DNA of 64,000 nucleotides from contig NMRA01000445.1 in the NCBI GenBank assembly GCA_002633005.1, positions 62,001 through 126,000 of the forward strand, given 5' to 3'. The notes below the pieces were generated by a model. The model had not been told where the DNA came from. It worked only from the letters and a program-made list of their open reading frames with translations, and did not search any database. Shown one piece after another: positions 1 through 14,425 of this stretch. This DNA is from Phoronis australis (Eukaryota; Animalia; Phoronida). The first letter of the stretch is position 1. The number at the start of each line of letters is the position of its first letter. The position numbers and the translations under genes were made by a program.

Positions 1-295
1 TTAAAGCCTTGTTCTTACATAATTGACAACAGTGTAAAATGTCTTTCTTCATTCATTCAAGAGTGGCATTGGACCTGGGCAACATAAAGGTTATACGGTT
101 GTGAAAAAAGCGTCTTGCAGTGGCAGACTCTGCCATAGTCTCTAGAGACTGTTAAACTCCGATTGGCTATTGCCACGCCTCTCATGTCAGTCATCACTGT
201 TGGCGAACCTTCTCATTGCCCAGAAGATATGCTTGAGCTTTATTGTCTTGTACGGCAGAAGTGCCAATAAAACGAAAATAACATTCGAAAAAAAT

Positions 296-421
296 CGTAA
301 TAACGACTGTATTCTCGTGATAATGACTTTTACGATTTTTATTTCTCGTAATTACGACTTTTCACCGTAATTACGACTTTTTCTCGAATTAACGACCTTT
401 CTCGCAATTACGACTTCTCGC
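296..421. repeat. ~20-bp degenerate tandem repeat (tctcgtaattacgacttt)
   Basis: 6-7 copies. Confidence 0.8.
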
Positions 422-3278
422 ATGAAGCGTAAATGACAGCACTCTCAGCAGAATCAAAAGTTGCGTCAACAACATGGATCAACTTTTCGAGTTTTACTTC
501 CGGTTTTGTCTAAGCTACATCAGCTCGCAACCATGAAACTGTAATAACTAAAGGAACTCTGTATCGTGATCTTCGTCGTGTCGGACTATTTCGGCATGTA
601 TAGACATCCGATCTAGGTGAGCTGACACTCTTTACCAAAGGGCTGCTTCAAGACGACCGTAATTTACATGAGTACGGATGGGTGGGTCGATTGAGGAACT
701 CACTGTCACTTACAAGATGTTTGGCTCATTTCTAAGGTTTTCAATCCCATTGGATTTGGCTTGCGTTCTGGGAGAGGGGTGCATCTCTCGAGGCTCTTTT
801 ATCGATGGCTAGTAGTAGTATTTGGCTTGAAGCGTGTTCAAGCAGTAATAACCAACGTGTCGTTGCCGGATACTACATGAAGGTGAAAGTGACCCAGGCA
901 AGACGGGGCTGACTAGTTAAAATGCGGAGAGACGTGGCACGTGAAAATGGAGGTAAAGGTGTGTTACTTGGTACAGGCATCATATGGCAACGACACGTGG
1001 GTCACCACTGGTTGAATAAGCTTCAAGTCAAATAAAGTTTCGCAAAAAGCCACCGACAATATTTAACCGTTTATACAGTGACCATACGGTTTCGATTTGT
1101 CGTATGAATCGAAGTGTCACACGAAGTTAGGGCCTCAAGGAAAGTAGGCCTATTCCCTGCCGATGCAACCTTCTCCGATAACGTAGGTCAACTTCAGTGG
1201 GGTCAATAACAATTAATGAAAACGAGCCTGACGTCCTCCAAGGCAGTAATGAAACCCTGTTGAACGCATCTTAAATGCACTGATGTCTGCACCCATGTAT
1301 ACCCCCGGCGTCCTCTTGAGTAATCCTTCAATGAAGTTTGTCAGTTCAATTAGATCGAACTTGCACACCAGATTTCATTTGGCAGTTCGAGGGTCCGAAT
1401 TTTTGACATGCAATAGTCTGCCCTGCCCTGCCCCCCCCCAGAACTCAAAATCCAGGATCCGCTCTTGCACGCACATCGAAATAGTCCATCACGACGAAAT
1501 ACACAATGCAGTGTTCATTTAGGTCTACTTTTGACAGTTCTACGTTTGCGATTTAATCTTGCAAGGATCTCCTTGTAATTTAGGCCATGTTGTTGACGTA
1601 TTTTTCCCCTGGCGGATGTTTCAGTGATGACGAGATTTGGACCAAAAATAGGAATTTAGATCCAGTCACAGCATAGTTTCCAAAGGTTCAGGTAACCATG
1701 GGGACAATTTAACACTTGTTTGTTACGGAGGGTTAGTTTCAGTTGCATACGCAGTATAGCAGTCGGGAGCATTTCAGACAATTTATCAGTTGTAACAAAT
1801 TTCAATTTAAAAAAAGAAGAACGCAATTACTTTGCTTTGCAAGAGCAAATACGTCTGTTAAGAATGCCGTTGTCTTGACAACAGAAGATGCTTTTCACCG
1901 TGATTTCAACACTTATTATTTGGGTGATAAAACAAGTCGTAAGAACTTTTAACTGTGGTTTTTATAGTAAACTTTTCTCGCGTTTTAAACTGTATTTCGT
2001 CAAATAATTGAAATTAAAAGTCAATTTCGCAAGTTCAAAAAGCGCAGGTACACGTTATTGCAACTCATGTGAGGAGCACCGTGTTTTTGAGATTGAAAAT
2101 TTCGTTCTTGTTTGTGCAGAAGCTCTTTTTTTACTACTATACATTTTTAGTGGTCGAACAGACCGGTGTCAAGTTACTAAGGGCGCTATCGGTAACTGGG
2201 GTATTGCCAGGTAATTTACATCAGTTTCACGATATGGCGGTGAAGAAAAGACACTTACCGACCTACTTATGTTTTGCTATTGCTGAAAGTTGACGTACCC
2301 TCATTACGAGTCGGGATATTGCGGGAAGTGCGGTGTATTCATAACTTCAACTTACATTTACTTTAAAAAACACTCGTCATAACCAAAGAAATAGCTAAAG
2401 TTTTGGAGATTAGGCAGTCAAATTTGTACAAAAAAGAGTTAAAATGTGAAAACAAACACAATAATTACGATTACGCTAAGCGAGCAGTATCACTACGTTG
2501 TCAAGGACAACATGGTCGGCATTTAGGAATCATTCCTGACTTGATGCAAATATATAATAGTAACTATAATATCTTTGCCTGGTCTACAAGAAATTCAAGT
2601 CACGGAAATAGGCGGGAATAGTCGACGATTTCCTGATTCCGGTCGAGACACGAAATTCGGCGTTAAAAAGGCTTATGGTTTGATAAAAGAAAAGAGGAAA
2701 TCGTTATACCATGTTGTATGTTACCTAATTATTTTCAAGTGTGTGAAATGGATGCACCCGTTGAGATGAGGTCTTTAAAATCAAAGCTTCGCACCTTTTC
2801 TCAGATTCATTGGACATGCACTATTGTACGCGTTCAGTGCAAACCAGTATTTAAATTGCATGATTAATCTTTAAAATGTGAGAGAAGTAAATTTCGATAT
2901 CAGCCCGCACGTTACTTCCGTTTAATGATAGCGGTTTAACCATTGTCAAGATTAATATGAGAGGTCAAATGCACATTTATGCGCGCGTTTATACAAAACT
3001 GTTTACAATGGCAACTGGTGCGTCTACTTATAATGTGTTCAAAATGCATTAAAATTGAAAAGAGATTCGCTGTCTGTACAGATCAATTAACATCCATGTT
3101 ACCCCCAATGTTTGGAGAAGCATTTCAGGAATGATCCCGATAAATGTGAAAAGTAGCACTCGAGAAAATACATGAAGGAGGCAAGGTAAGATTTTTAGGT
3201 AACTGCCCATACTTTCTTCGCCTCAGGATCCTTGCTCTTCAAATATCTGTTTGAATATATATACAAAATGCCAAACGA

Positions 3279-3787
3279 GAAACCGTACATCTTTCAATCG
3301 TCGATGGTCACAGAAACACACCAGTAAACATGGAAGTACGGCCGAGCGTCTGTGGTCACGTGGTAAACAGCCGGTAATATTTTACGGAAATCGCGGTAGC
3401 TTACACGGACGGGCAAATTTGCTAACGAAACTTCCAAGATAGTACTTTTTTGCTTGCTTCGCCTCAGCTTTTCTATTAAATTCCTTTAGGCCCAGAACAT
3501 GGTAACTAAAAACTAGTGGTTCCTAGATAAAAATGATGAATTCAGAACTTTCCACGGGATGTTTAAGTCTTTGTTTTTTACAAAAAGGCCTTGACGTGGA
3601 ATCTCGAACAAAGGATTGTGTAGTTAATGAAAAACAGAAGCAGGACTTGTCGCGTGCGTGCCAAAAGTTACGTCGATTTTCGTGAAAAATAACGATGTTG
3701 CCGAAAAAAAACGTCACATTTGACTACACATATTCCCAGTTACACGTCTCTGTGGTCATCAAGGATTGGAAACACGTACATGGTTTC
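3279..3787. mobile_element. MITE with degenerate ~40-bp TIRs
   Basis: gaaaccgtacatctttcaatcgtcgatggtcacagaaac vs reverse complement of gtctctgtggtcatcaaggattggaaacacgtacatggtttc. Confidence 0.55.
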
Positions 3788-4684
3788 ATGGTTCCCAATT
3801 GGTAATTGAAAAAATACATGTGTATGAAGCAATATGACGTAACCATTGCGGCACAGGGGGTAGGCCGGACTTTTAAGAACTGAAATCGTATGTATAATTA
3901 ACAGTCATGATTAGAAGCACGCAGCTGTAATTGTTTAAAACATTAACTACATTAGGTTGCGTTACATCGATAGATTTTATAAAGTTTAGTTTGCAAATCG
4001 ACGGTTCTTCGATGCCAGCGTGTATCCGAAACAGTGGATACCATTATTTTTAACTGCTCTTACATGTTAAGAGTAGCAACACGTGACTGCTCAGACACAT
4101 GTATCGGTTGACTGTTGGGGTCTGAATTTGATTCCCGTATCTGTCATTTCCAAATTCGTAGTTTTTGTGGTCTTTCTTTTGGTTAAAACATTAAACTTCT
4201 CCAGATTTCTAAGAATAATTATTGTACGAGCGGTGCGAACACCACTATGTGAGGTATTCGTTCCGTGACAGGCGGACACGAACGCATCTCCTCCCCTGCC
4301 CTGACTCCTGTTCCCCAATCTTGGTCAGGGTATTTTTCTTGCTGTCACATTAAACTGAACAACGTACCTGTGTTTCCAGCAGGATGTGCTGTCAAGTTGA
4401 AGGCTCACCTATTGATGATCAATCTTCCTAACAGGTGCATGTTTTAGAATAATATAGTCGTCCGTTACTCATGCAGTCAGGGCCGACGCCTTAGCATTTT
4501 ACGTGGACTGACTTTCGTAACACTACAGTTTACCTTAGAGCGCCAAAGTTTTATTTTAATTTTAATTTTATTAAATTATATCAAGGACGAAATAATGTTT
4601 ATAAACGTCAAAGCTTTTAATGTCAAAATTTCTTAAGTGGGTACTGGAGTTAAATCGTAGCGTAATGGCGCGTATAATTCTGCG

Positions 4685-4910
4685 GAGGGAGTGTAGCCCA
4701 GTGGAACTGACTTGACAACTACCAATTTAAAGATCGTGGATTCGACTCCTACTTGACTACAGCGCTGTACCCCGGATCCCACTTTGTATGCATTCTCGTG
4801 TATAATATGTTTTGTGATGTAATGTTGTATCGTGTTTGTATCTGTGGGAGCACCACGATGTAAATTAACACGTATCCTCAATCTATAACGTTAAATATCA
4901 TCATCATAAT
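4685..4910 (+). mobile_element. tRNA-derived SINE remnant
   Basis: A-box TAGCCCAGTGG (4694-4704), B-box-like GGATTCGACTCC (4738-4749), (ATC)n tail; no cloverleaf. Confidence 0.55.
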
Positions 4911-6199
4911 TGTATATATAAGCTAACGAATGTTAAACACTATCCTATTGTTGTCGTTACGAAAATTACATTTGTTCGTATTATTGACAGGCAGGTGCAT
5001 CCGTAGTTTCCACATTGTTGGCGGAATTACTACGTATGTGAATGAGCTACACGATTTTGAACGGCAAGAGGAATTCTATCTCAAGATTATCATCAGATAA
5101 TTGAATTCTAACGCGTACATCCTTGTGCAAAACTTGAGAAATACAAATGTATAAAATCTTACCTCTATTTCTTCACCGTTATTAATGCGGCATACACGCA
5201 TCAAGTTCATCATGTGCCCGAACGCACATTTCGCTGTAGATTTACCAACAGAGTAAGCACGCTAATGTCGTTGCTGTAATGCGTTAATGTCCATAGGCAA
5301 CTGATTTAGAAAGGCTAACTGCGAAACACGGTTAGGAATAATTATAACTGTCGGCAATTATCATCTCAGTCCCGGCGCAATATTTTATTAATTATAAACT
5401 GTGGAAAATAAGTGTTGGATAGCGTCGGCAACTGCCTTACCCTTACATTCTAGTTCAAGGAAATTCAAGAAGACTACGTGCAAGTTATGAAGAAACCTCG
5501 GTAAAAAGGCTGAGTCTGTAAGATGAAATTACACGGTTCTAGAGAGTAAGTACGATTCAAAGAGAACCAATGATGGCGTGATGTAACGGATCTTACATGA
5601 AGTTCGGATTTTTACCACTATAAACTTTGATAATTATAACAAAATGTGCGCTTAAAGAACTTTTCTCCAATGGGATTAATCTAATTCAAGCATTTGCTCG
5701 TAAAACTAGTTGTTTTCCACAGTTTCTCCACGCTACTTACGCTAATACTGCTGAGATACGTCTCTGCATCTACCTCTGTCCGTGTTTATTAAAATTTGAA
5801 AGAGAGTTGCAATATGACGCTAGAGGGCGAGTGCGCACACAGCGTACGTCAAATTTAACAGCACTGCAGCTGAACATAACTGCAAAGCATTATAATAAAA
5901 ATAGAAACATATGGTGAGCACGACCGGTCATTATCGTAGTATGTATTTATTTATTAAAGTGATGTACGCTTAAACTTATTCAATTAATTCAGAACTTAAA
6001 AACACACCCAGCCCATTGGGTTATAGGTCACTGATTACATAGTAGTATACAAAAAACTCTAACGTTTAAAAAATGTTTCTTGAACAAAAACAGAAAGCTC
6101 CCCGAACAGATCAATCATTAAAAACTAAGTGTATCAACATCAGAAAAAATAAAGAAGTGGAATGCAAGTTCCTGGTCTCATTATATGGTTTTATACGTA

Positions 6200-7620
6200 A
6201 GTCCTAATATAGAGTGCAATAACAATCAAAATGAAGTAAGCGACATAACCTATTATCTATGCCTTCCAACTTCTATCTCCAATGGAATAATTCTAAATCT
6301 AAACTGACAAAATAAAGAACTCTTTTCTCTAAGAAAACAAAAATATTTCCTCGGTTTTGAAATGTTCCTTAAAAGTCGTGTAAGTTCTCAATTTTGATTT
6401 TGACCTAATACCCTCCTTCCAGTTTTCCAATAGTGGACATATTAATAGAACCCATGCTTTCAATATTGCAGAAAGACTTGTATGTAAAAACATTATTCAT
6501 GTTGCACAAACTGAAAATACACTTCAGTTCAGTTAACCAGTTTTGTCCACATTGGGTAAAATTCCATTCAAAATTTGTCTAGTGAGACGATAGAAATCCA
6601 AGCTAATACGTCTATTTCAAACTCTCAACATACGCGCAAGGCGAATTAATCTTCTAGGGAGCCATTCTAATCCTCTGGCAAGGATGGGCGTGAAGCGGTG
6701 AACCCCTAAAAATATCTCCTGGCATGGTTTCGAACCATTTTGCAACAATCCATATCCTGAATCGCCAACTACCAGTCCCATATTCCATAACAGGTAGACC
6801 TTCTGCCTGATACATAGCACTGCAAACCAAAACCGACATCCTTCACAGATTTGAACTTCGAGATAACCGCACTATAAGCGCTCTACCAGCCGAGTCGCAT
6901 AAAGTGGTATCAAAATCTAAAAATTCGTCAAAATACACACCAAATATTTGTACTTGGTCTTTCAATTCAGGATTGCGTCTCCTACTAAGTTAAACAAAAC
7001 ATTGTAAAAAAAAACAGTGCAGGTGGTCTGATGTCATTTGCGGTGCATCAGACGTGCGCAGGCCTCATGGTTGGGCCCATTGCACAAAACACTTGAGCAA
7101 AAGCACGAGACCCCAATTATGGCTCCTCGTGAAGAAAGTTTTCAAGTCTGCCAGTCTCCTTTAGGAAAACGTACAGACACTGTAACCTGGGGCAGTTTCC
7201 ATTTAAAGCACCACTGGTAACCATGTTCAACACAACCTGTAGGTCAGGCTCGTTTTCTGCTAATAGAACAATATCATCCGCATAATGTAAAATAGTTGTC
7301 TGCAACTCGTCATCAATTTTGATTCCGATGTTTGTGTTTGTGTTTCTTAGTTCGGTTGCCAAATCATTCACAAAATACCAATTGAATTGGGCTACAAAAT
7401 TTCTTCCTGGCGAACCCCACAAGTTGTTAGAAACTAATTAGTAGTGGAGTTTATACTGTTTATGTGAAAACACGAAGATGTGTTCACGAGTAGAGACTTA
7501 ATGGCAAAATACTGTTTCCCCAACAACTTGATTTTCAAAAAGTTTCAGGAGGATAAGAAGATCTCTGTCCTCCGACCCAGTCGAAAGCCTTTTGATAGTC
7601 AATAAAGCAAGCAAATGGGC
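6200..7620 (-). mobile_element. Degraded non-LTR retrotransposon (CR1/L2-group-like) RT and 3' region
   Basis: FIDYQKAFDWV, ILHYADDIVLLAENEPDLQ, YKYL, MEYG...W, GVHRFTP, QFRFRIIPLEIEVGR; many stops and frameshifts. Confidence 0.85.
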
Positions 7621-9489
7621 ATTGCTTGAATTTTAGTAGAAAGATGCCTCGTGAGTTTAATACGGTGTTTTTCTAATTGTATGCATTTACGCATTTCCAA
7701 ATGCAAAAGCAACTTCGAAACATTATGCACAGGCGAAGACCGAGGCCGAAGGTTCATATGACGTGATGTGCCTGAAAGATGGGCTTATATCTGTTTTATT
7801 ATATGAGCACTGGTGCTTCTTTGCTCTGATTTCTCCATTTCTCATTAGATTGGAATGTTTTACATGTGTTGATAACTTGACGTCGTCTACTTGTTTTGCA
7901 AGAACAGGGGTTTCTGTGGCCTGTAATTCATCAGATCACAAAAAGTGACATCTGACGTCCGAGTGGCATGAATTAAAAGCGATACAACAAGGTTATGCGT
8001 ACAACATCACCTCATTAACCAAGTTATCGTGCTGCGCTTTAGCCAATCAGAAGATAGTAGTGTCAGTGAATGAGCAACAATACGTAATTAACCAACTAAC
8101 TGTATACGTGAATAGTAATAAACACCAACATTTAATACACAATATCTATTAAGGTTTTTAATTGAGACGGAATAGTTTCATAGTCATCATTCTTATTTTA
8201 CAATGTAAGAAATGATATGAACCCTTGTTCCCGAAAACTGCAATACAGCATTTCATGCAACTATCTGCAACATTTGTGATACGGGAGAAGACACCATAGC
8301 GAATTCCTATTTTGGCACCCAAATGTCAATTTCCGTTCATCCAGCTCAGGTGAAAATAGACGTTTTACCTTATTTTGAACAAGCTTTTATCGAATTCGAG
8401 TCGTGACATCCCTATCCATTTTCATTGAGTGCAGAAGCCATGTAGAGCACCTCTTGTATAAAAATAGGGAGACTTTTTATGACGCCAGGTGTAAGTTCAG
8501 CCATTACCGGCGCCATTTTTATTGGCGCTCATTTGAACCCCATTTCAGCTCACTCATGTGTGTTCGCCTAGGAACGTCGACATCAGCTCCTATTTGTTCT
8601 AGTGTTAATGTGTTCAATGCGGAATGGTGCAGGTAATGGAGGAAGATACGACTCCTTTTATCACAACATGAGTGTGGAGACATTATCTGCTTTATATTTC
8701 TCTATTGATTCTCTAGCACCGTCTTATTTGTATTTAATGCTTGTACAATTAACTGGCATAGATGCGAAAACACTACACACATTAGCGTTTTCTGAACATT
8801 ACGATAATGTTACTAAAACGACGATGGACAAAAAAATAATTATTCAGGGCACTCGGAGTAAAAAAGAATCGTCATTTTAGCGACATAAGCCCCACTCGCG
8901 CATTCCGTTGACACATGACACTCGCGAATAAAGCTAGACTAAAGTGTGATCACGAGCTTCGTTCGCAATGCATAACGATATCTCGCGATGACTTGCGTGA
9001 TCTTGCGTCTTTCATGTGTTTCTTAAGTCTACGAAACGAATCTCTGGAAAACCACTCACCGTATTTTTCGAGATAAATCCAGTACTTGCACTAAGTTTAA
9101 TGTGCCTTGTTCAAGAACCGTATCTGTGATATCATCACCTTTAGCTGTTTGTTTTTCTACGTTTACAGGATTTTCATACAGACTGTTACTGGCACTGGTG
9201 TAATTTGTTGAAACCAGATTTTATATTAAACGTACATGTCTAGGTGAAGGCCACCACCTAAACTGATATGGAATGGGATAAGTAGACGATTGAATTATAT
9301 ACGGCGTCGCAGAATTCATACTGGTCTTGTCTTTTCTAAACCATATATACTACAGCTTACTACCTTGACATTTTATTCGCGTCAATACAAAGATGTGACC
9401 TTTTAGAGCACGATTTCCAGGAACACTTACCTATTCGCTAAGACTAGCACGACACAGAAACAGGGTGGCGGTTAGCCAGTTCAACACCA

Positions 9490-10075
9490 TTCACGTCAGA
9501 CATAAAACTGAAGTATATCTCACATCAATCGAAATTGTGTCTTATATAAATCAGATTCATGTCTGACAAAAATCCGAATTGTGTATTACATAAAACAGAA
9601 TTATGTCAGACATAAATAAAACTTATCTATGACATCAATCAGATTTATGCCAGGCATAAACGATAATGCCTGATATAAAATAATATCTTACATAATTCTC
9701 AAATATTATTATACAAAATTCATTAATGTCAATCATGAATCTTATTTATACCAGATATAAATAATGCTAATGGCGACCATTTTTCTTTTATGTGACATAT
9801 ATCGTATTTTTGTTTGACGTAAGTCGGCGAACGACAATCGTCAATACATTCACTTAATCGGGGATTCTCGTTGACTTTTATCAGACATAAATATAATTTA
9901 TGCCAGATTTCAATAGAATAATGGTGGATGTTACTCTGATATCCTCTGATATGATTATGGTTGGCATTAATGAATTATGTTCGATATTATTCGAAAATTA
10001 TGTCAGACATAAATTAATTTATATCAGATTATTATCCATCTCTGACATAAAGTCTGATCCACGTCAGACATAACT
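9490..10075. repeat. Degenerate ~21-bp tandem repeat (tcagacataaa core, both orientations)
   Basis: Repeated gtcagacataaa/ttatgtc motifs. Confidence 0.6.
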
Positions 10076-10083
10076 CGGACAAA

Positions 10084-10220
10084 TAGTATAGTATAGTATA
10101 GTATAGTATAGTATAGTATAGTATAGTATAGTATAGTATAGTATAGTATAGTATAGTATAGTATAGTATAGTATGGTATGGTATGGTATGGTATGGTATG
10201 GTATGGTATGGTATGGTATA
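10084..10220. repeat. Compound pentanucleotide microsatellite (TAGTA)n(TGGTA)n
   Basis: Direct inspection. Confidence 0.98.
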
Positions 10221-11191
10221 GATCTTAGAGATGAATAAAAAAAACGGTGAGAGTTTTTATTACACCAGGTGACATCGTATGGGCTTCTACCGGAACCCCG
10301 GCGGAAGACAAGACAGCTCCGCGTGGGACTAACAATTAGTTATCCAGAAGCATTAGTTGAACTTCTTGAGACCAAGAATTCAAAAACTATTGTGTCAGGT
10401 TCTTGACACTAGGATAGTCATAAAATCAAGTTCCTTGCGAGAAAAGCAAGAACTCGCAAGACGGTATCCAGATATCGCCTTGCGTTGCAAGCGACGCACG
10501 TGACCACCGTGACAATGGCTTCGTTAAAGAGATTCTTTCGTCTACGAAATTCTACGCTGCTTTACCTTTTCGGCAAATGTGATAACTCGTGCGCATAAGT
10601 GTACACGAGAAGTAATTTATAGTTAATATTCCGGAGAACATATTTGGACTTGTGTTTCAGTCTTTGAAAGACCTTTCTAGAATTGTAGGGACTGGCCAGT
10701 ATTTTCCTAACCAAAGAACTAAAGGAGGATTGTAGGAGATAAATGACTGTCTTTTCTTATTTGGAGATGAATTGCATAATCACTTCAGGTGCTTCCGCGT
10801 ATCACTGTGGCTGTCATTTTGGACCACAGGGTGCTTAATAAAGCCATGTGTTCCCACAGGGAGAGGTTAAGCAAACTTCGTCATCAAACAAGAACGATTG
10901 CACGATTAAATCACATTAACAACGTTAGGTCTGGTTGAAAAAAATCCTCGCAAGTTTGCAAACCCATCAAATCGATCGAAATGACAAAAACATTCAATGA
11001 TAACAGCTTGGGATATAACCATTAAATTCTGATTAACAAGCGATAATACATGTATTACATACGAGAAAAACTTCTGCACAAAAGTACAGCCGATTGGTCA
11101 GCATGGATATGTGGTATGCAAAAATTTGATGTTTATAAATACCACGATTCTAACTTCCATCTGCACAAATTCCGCGTTATTTTTACAACCC

Positions 11192-11922
11192 TGTGTCAGA
11201 TATATGATATGCAGTTGTGTCTAAAATGTAATATTTAATGGGTAGGTTCTAGTTTAGTTCTATAGGTTTCATTTTGCTGTTCAAATTGTTTACTACCAGA
11301 TAGCACTTTGACTGGCATGACCCATTAGGTCAGGCTAGTGGTTATGTATTTTGTTTGTAATAGACTACTAGAGAACATTCTAGTAGATTCCAGCATATTA
11401 GTGATTTAAATAGTGCATTCAAAAGCCTGATATAAGTCTGTAGAATGATTGGGTAGATTCCGAAAACTTCTAGAATGTGCTTGACTTGGTAAAAGTTCCA
11501 GAACATAGTAAAAGACTATAAATACCTAGCCACGGGTTTGTTGAGTCAGGTGAAGTTCAGGTAAAGTTACAGTTGAGTTTTCACTTACAGGATTAGCTGG
11601 TACAGCATTAGTCAATAGAAAGACAGCTATAGAGACAACAGGTTGATTGAATCAACGTGTGTAACAGTTGCTGGAAGTGTCTTAGGAGTTCCTCACAAGT
11701 CAAGATTTCGCATCATTGGCTGAAGCATGTAACAGACATATGTCGGACGTTTTGCTTTGAGTAGACTTGGGAACGTGCAGTCGAGATTAATAAAGTGATT
11801 AACTCGAACAAGTCTCAAGTCTATCACCACACTCAAAGCTATTGCCACATGTCACGTGGCAACTTGCGCTCACCCATCCACGGGGTAGATAGAACGTGGC
11901 ATACCGTAAGTCATACTTCACA
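11192..11922 (+). mobile_element. Probable solo LTR
   Basis: TGTG...CACA ends, TATAAATA 11517-11524, AATAAA 11789-11794; no matching TSD found. Confidence 0.45.
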
Positions 11923-12569
11923 GTCATGGGTTAAACCATGATACTCAGCCTATATGTGTCATGCTTCGTCTAAATCGTTTTCCGCGCGAAATATCGACAT
12001 TGGTTCTACCGACGGGCGTACGTGTTTCTCAGTAGTTCTCTTCATTCACCTTCTTAACAATACACGCGCGTGGGAGAATCATTGTTGGAGTTTAAATTGG
12101 ATGTTTTCTTAGACATAACGTGAGACTATCGAAAACGATTTTGAGAGCAATAGAAGATTATGGGTAGCTAAATTTCTTATAGGTGGTCACACCATTCAAC
12201 GGATTTTTGTCCTTTGTACAAGGGATCGTCTGCTTAGACTCGATGCCACTAACCCCACCGCTTACCCATAATGCGTTGCAAATTAGTGCCGCCATTAAAA
12301 CATGTTCGTTGTTTTGCTGTGTCTCACTGACTATTTCGTGTATTTGCACAAACTAAGTGTCTATACGTGATTAAGGGTCAATACGACAGAAAATTTTCGA
12401 AGTGACCACTTTTTTGTTGCACACTATACATTAGCGTTGATGGTTCTTTGATGGTTCACGTAAAGTGTACAGAAGTCAATAAAAACAAGGTCACACGTGC
12501 AAGATTCAGTTTTTAATCATCATTTCAGTTACTAAAACCACAACAAAGTCGATCAAGGTCAATTTTAGA

Positions 12570-13317
12570 CTTGTGAGAGAATAACAGCTCCCCTACCGAC
12601 TCTTGGTTGGACTCTCGACTCTGATCCGAGATTGTCTACATCAAAACCAAATACTCAACGAGTAAACCACCGTGTAGCCCAATACAAGGGCGTCGGTGAA
12701 CCCACACTTGAACGGCAAAAACCCTGTGACGAACAACGGTAGATGAGGAATAACGAAAGAGTGATACAACCGGTGTGGCCATATGGTTCTGCCTTAACTA
12801 AATCGCCGGCTGATATGCTGCTGATCGATATTTGTGAAGTGGACAAACCGAAGACGAAGAAAATGACCAGTTGTTTGATGAAAGTAATCAGCGAAAAGGA
12901 AATTGCGGAACTTAAAAGTTATTTTGCTCACTAAAATGAAAAACTCAAGTTTGCATGTATTATTGTTTTCACTGTGTCATTCACACTTCGCGCCTGCATT
13001 TAATGAAGAACCAATACAAATTTGTGATCTAGTACTCAGTGTTTACCATTGACTACTTAAGAAAAGGCTCTAACGTAATTCTTGACCTTCAAAGTTTATA
13101 TATAGAAAATTAATATGTTCAATAACGTGAAATTAATCATTTAGATATTGCAAAATAACGAAATTTCGAAAAGCGCGGAACTAATTTGCATAAAAACATA
13201 TGTGGGACATGTTTCCCAACCTCAATTTTCATTCCTGGCCACCACATTCTTTCACAAAAATGCAGTTAGAAGTTGGTATCCAGGGGGCGCTAAGGAAGTC
13301 ATTTTCTCACAAGACTA
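12570..13317 (+). mobile_element. Degraded Academ-like transposase C-terminus and right end
   Basis: QRVNHRVAQYK...KPCDE...IQPVWPYGSAL...DML plus an acidic tail; ends in ...CAAGACTA (TAG/CTA-type terminus). Confidence 0.5.
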
Positions 13318-13621
13318 TAACCAAGGAGTGTACGAGTATAGGAGAGTTCACTCCGCCATTTTACCATTCGCCGCAATGGTTACCGGTCGAAACACTAGCG
13401 CTCCAAGCGGTGAATAATCAATACTTACTTAGGAGCGCAGTCCGAACAATGTAAACACTGATGAATTCATACTTTAATGACGTTCAACGTGCAATAAAAT
13501 TACTGTGTGATTGAAAATGGTTAGAATACGTAAACTAACATCCACTTATAATCGAATGAGAATGAAAATGTGTATTTTAATCAATATTAAAGTGTATTTG
13601 TTTTTATTCTTTTGAAGCTCC

Positions 13622-14425
13622 NNNNNNNNNNNNNNNNNNNNNNNNNNNNNNNNNNNNNNNNNNNNNNNNNNNNNNNNNNNNNNNNNNNNNNNNNNNNNNN
13701 NNNNNNNNNNNNNNNNNNNNNNNNNNNNNNNNNNNNNNNNNNNNNNNNNNNNNNNNNNNNNNNNNNNNNNNNNNNNNNNNNNNNNNNNNNNNNNNNNNNN
13801 NNNNNNNNNNNNNNNNNNNNNNNNNNNNNNNNNNNNNNNNNNNNNNNNNNNNNNNNNNNNNNNNNNNNNNNNNNNNNNNNNNNNNNNNNNNNNNNNNNNN
13901 NNNNNNNNNNNNNNNNNNNNNNNNNNNNNNNNNNNNNNNNNNNNNNNNNNNNNNNNNNNNNNNNNNNNNNNNNNNNNNNNNNNNNNNNNNNNNNNNNNNN
14001 NNNNNNNNNNNNNNNNNNNNNNNNNNNNNNNNNNNNNNNNNNNNNNNNNNNNNNNNNNNNNNNNNNNNNNNNNNNNNNNNNNNNNNNNNNNNNNNNNNNN
14101 NNNNNNNNNNNNNNNNNNNNNNNNNNNNNNNNNNNNNNNNNNNNNNNNNNNNNNNNNNNNNNNNNNNNNNNNNNNNNNNNNNNNNNNNNNNNNNNNNNNN
14201 NNNNNNNNNNNNNNNNNNNNNNNNNNNNNNNNNNNNNNNNNNNNNNNNNNNNNNNNNNNNNNNNNNNNNNNNNNNNNNNNNNNNNNNNNNNNNNNNNNNN
14301 NNNNNNNNNNNNNNNNNNNNNNNNNNNNNNNNNNNNNNNNNNNNNNNNNNNNNNNNNNNNNNNNNNNNNNNNNNNNNNNNNNNNNNNNNNNNNNNNNNNN
14401 NNNNNNNNNNNNNNNNNNNNNNNNN
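13622..14425. other. Assembly gap (N run)
   Basis: 804 consecutive n. Confidence 1.

Noticed and set aside
4685-4760. Possible tRNA gene
   Set aside because: A/B-box remnants only; no acceptor or anticodon stems; fits a SINE head.
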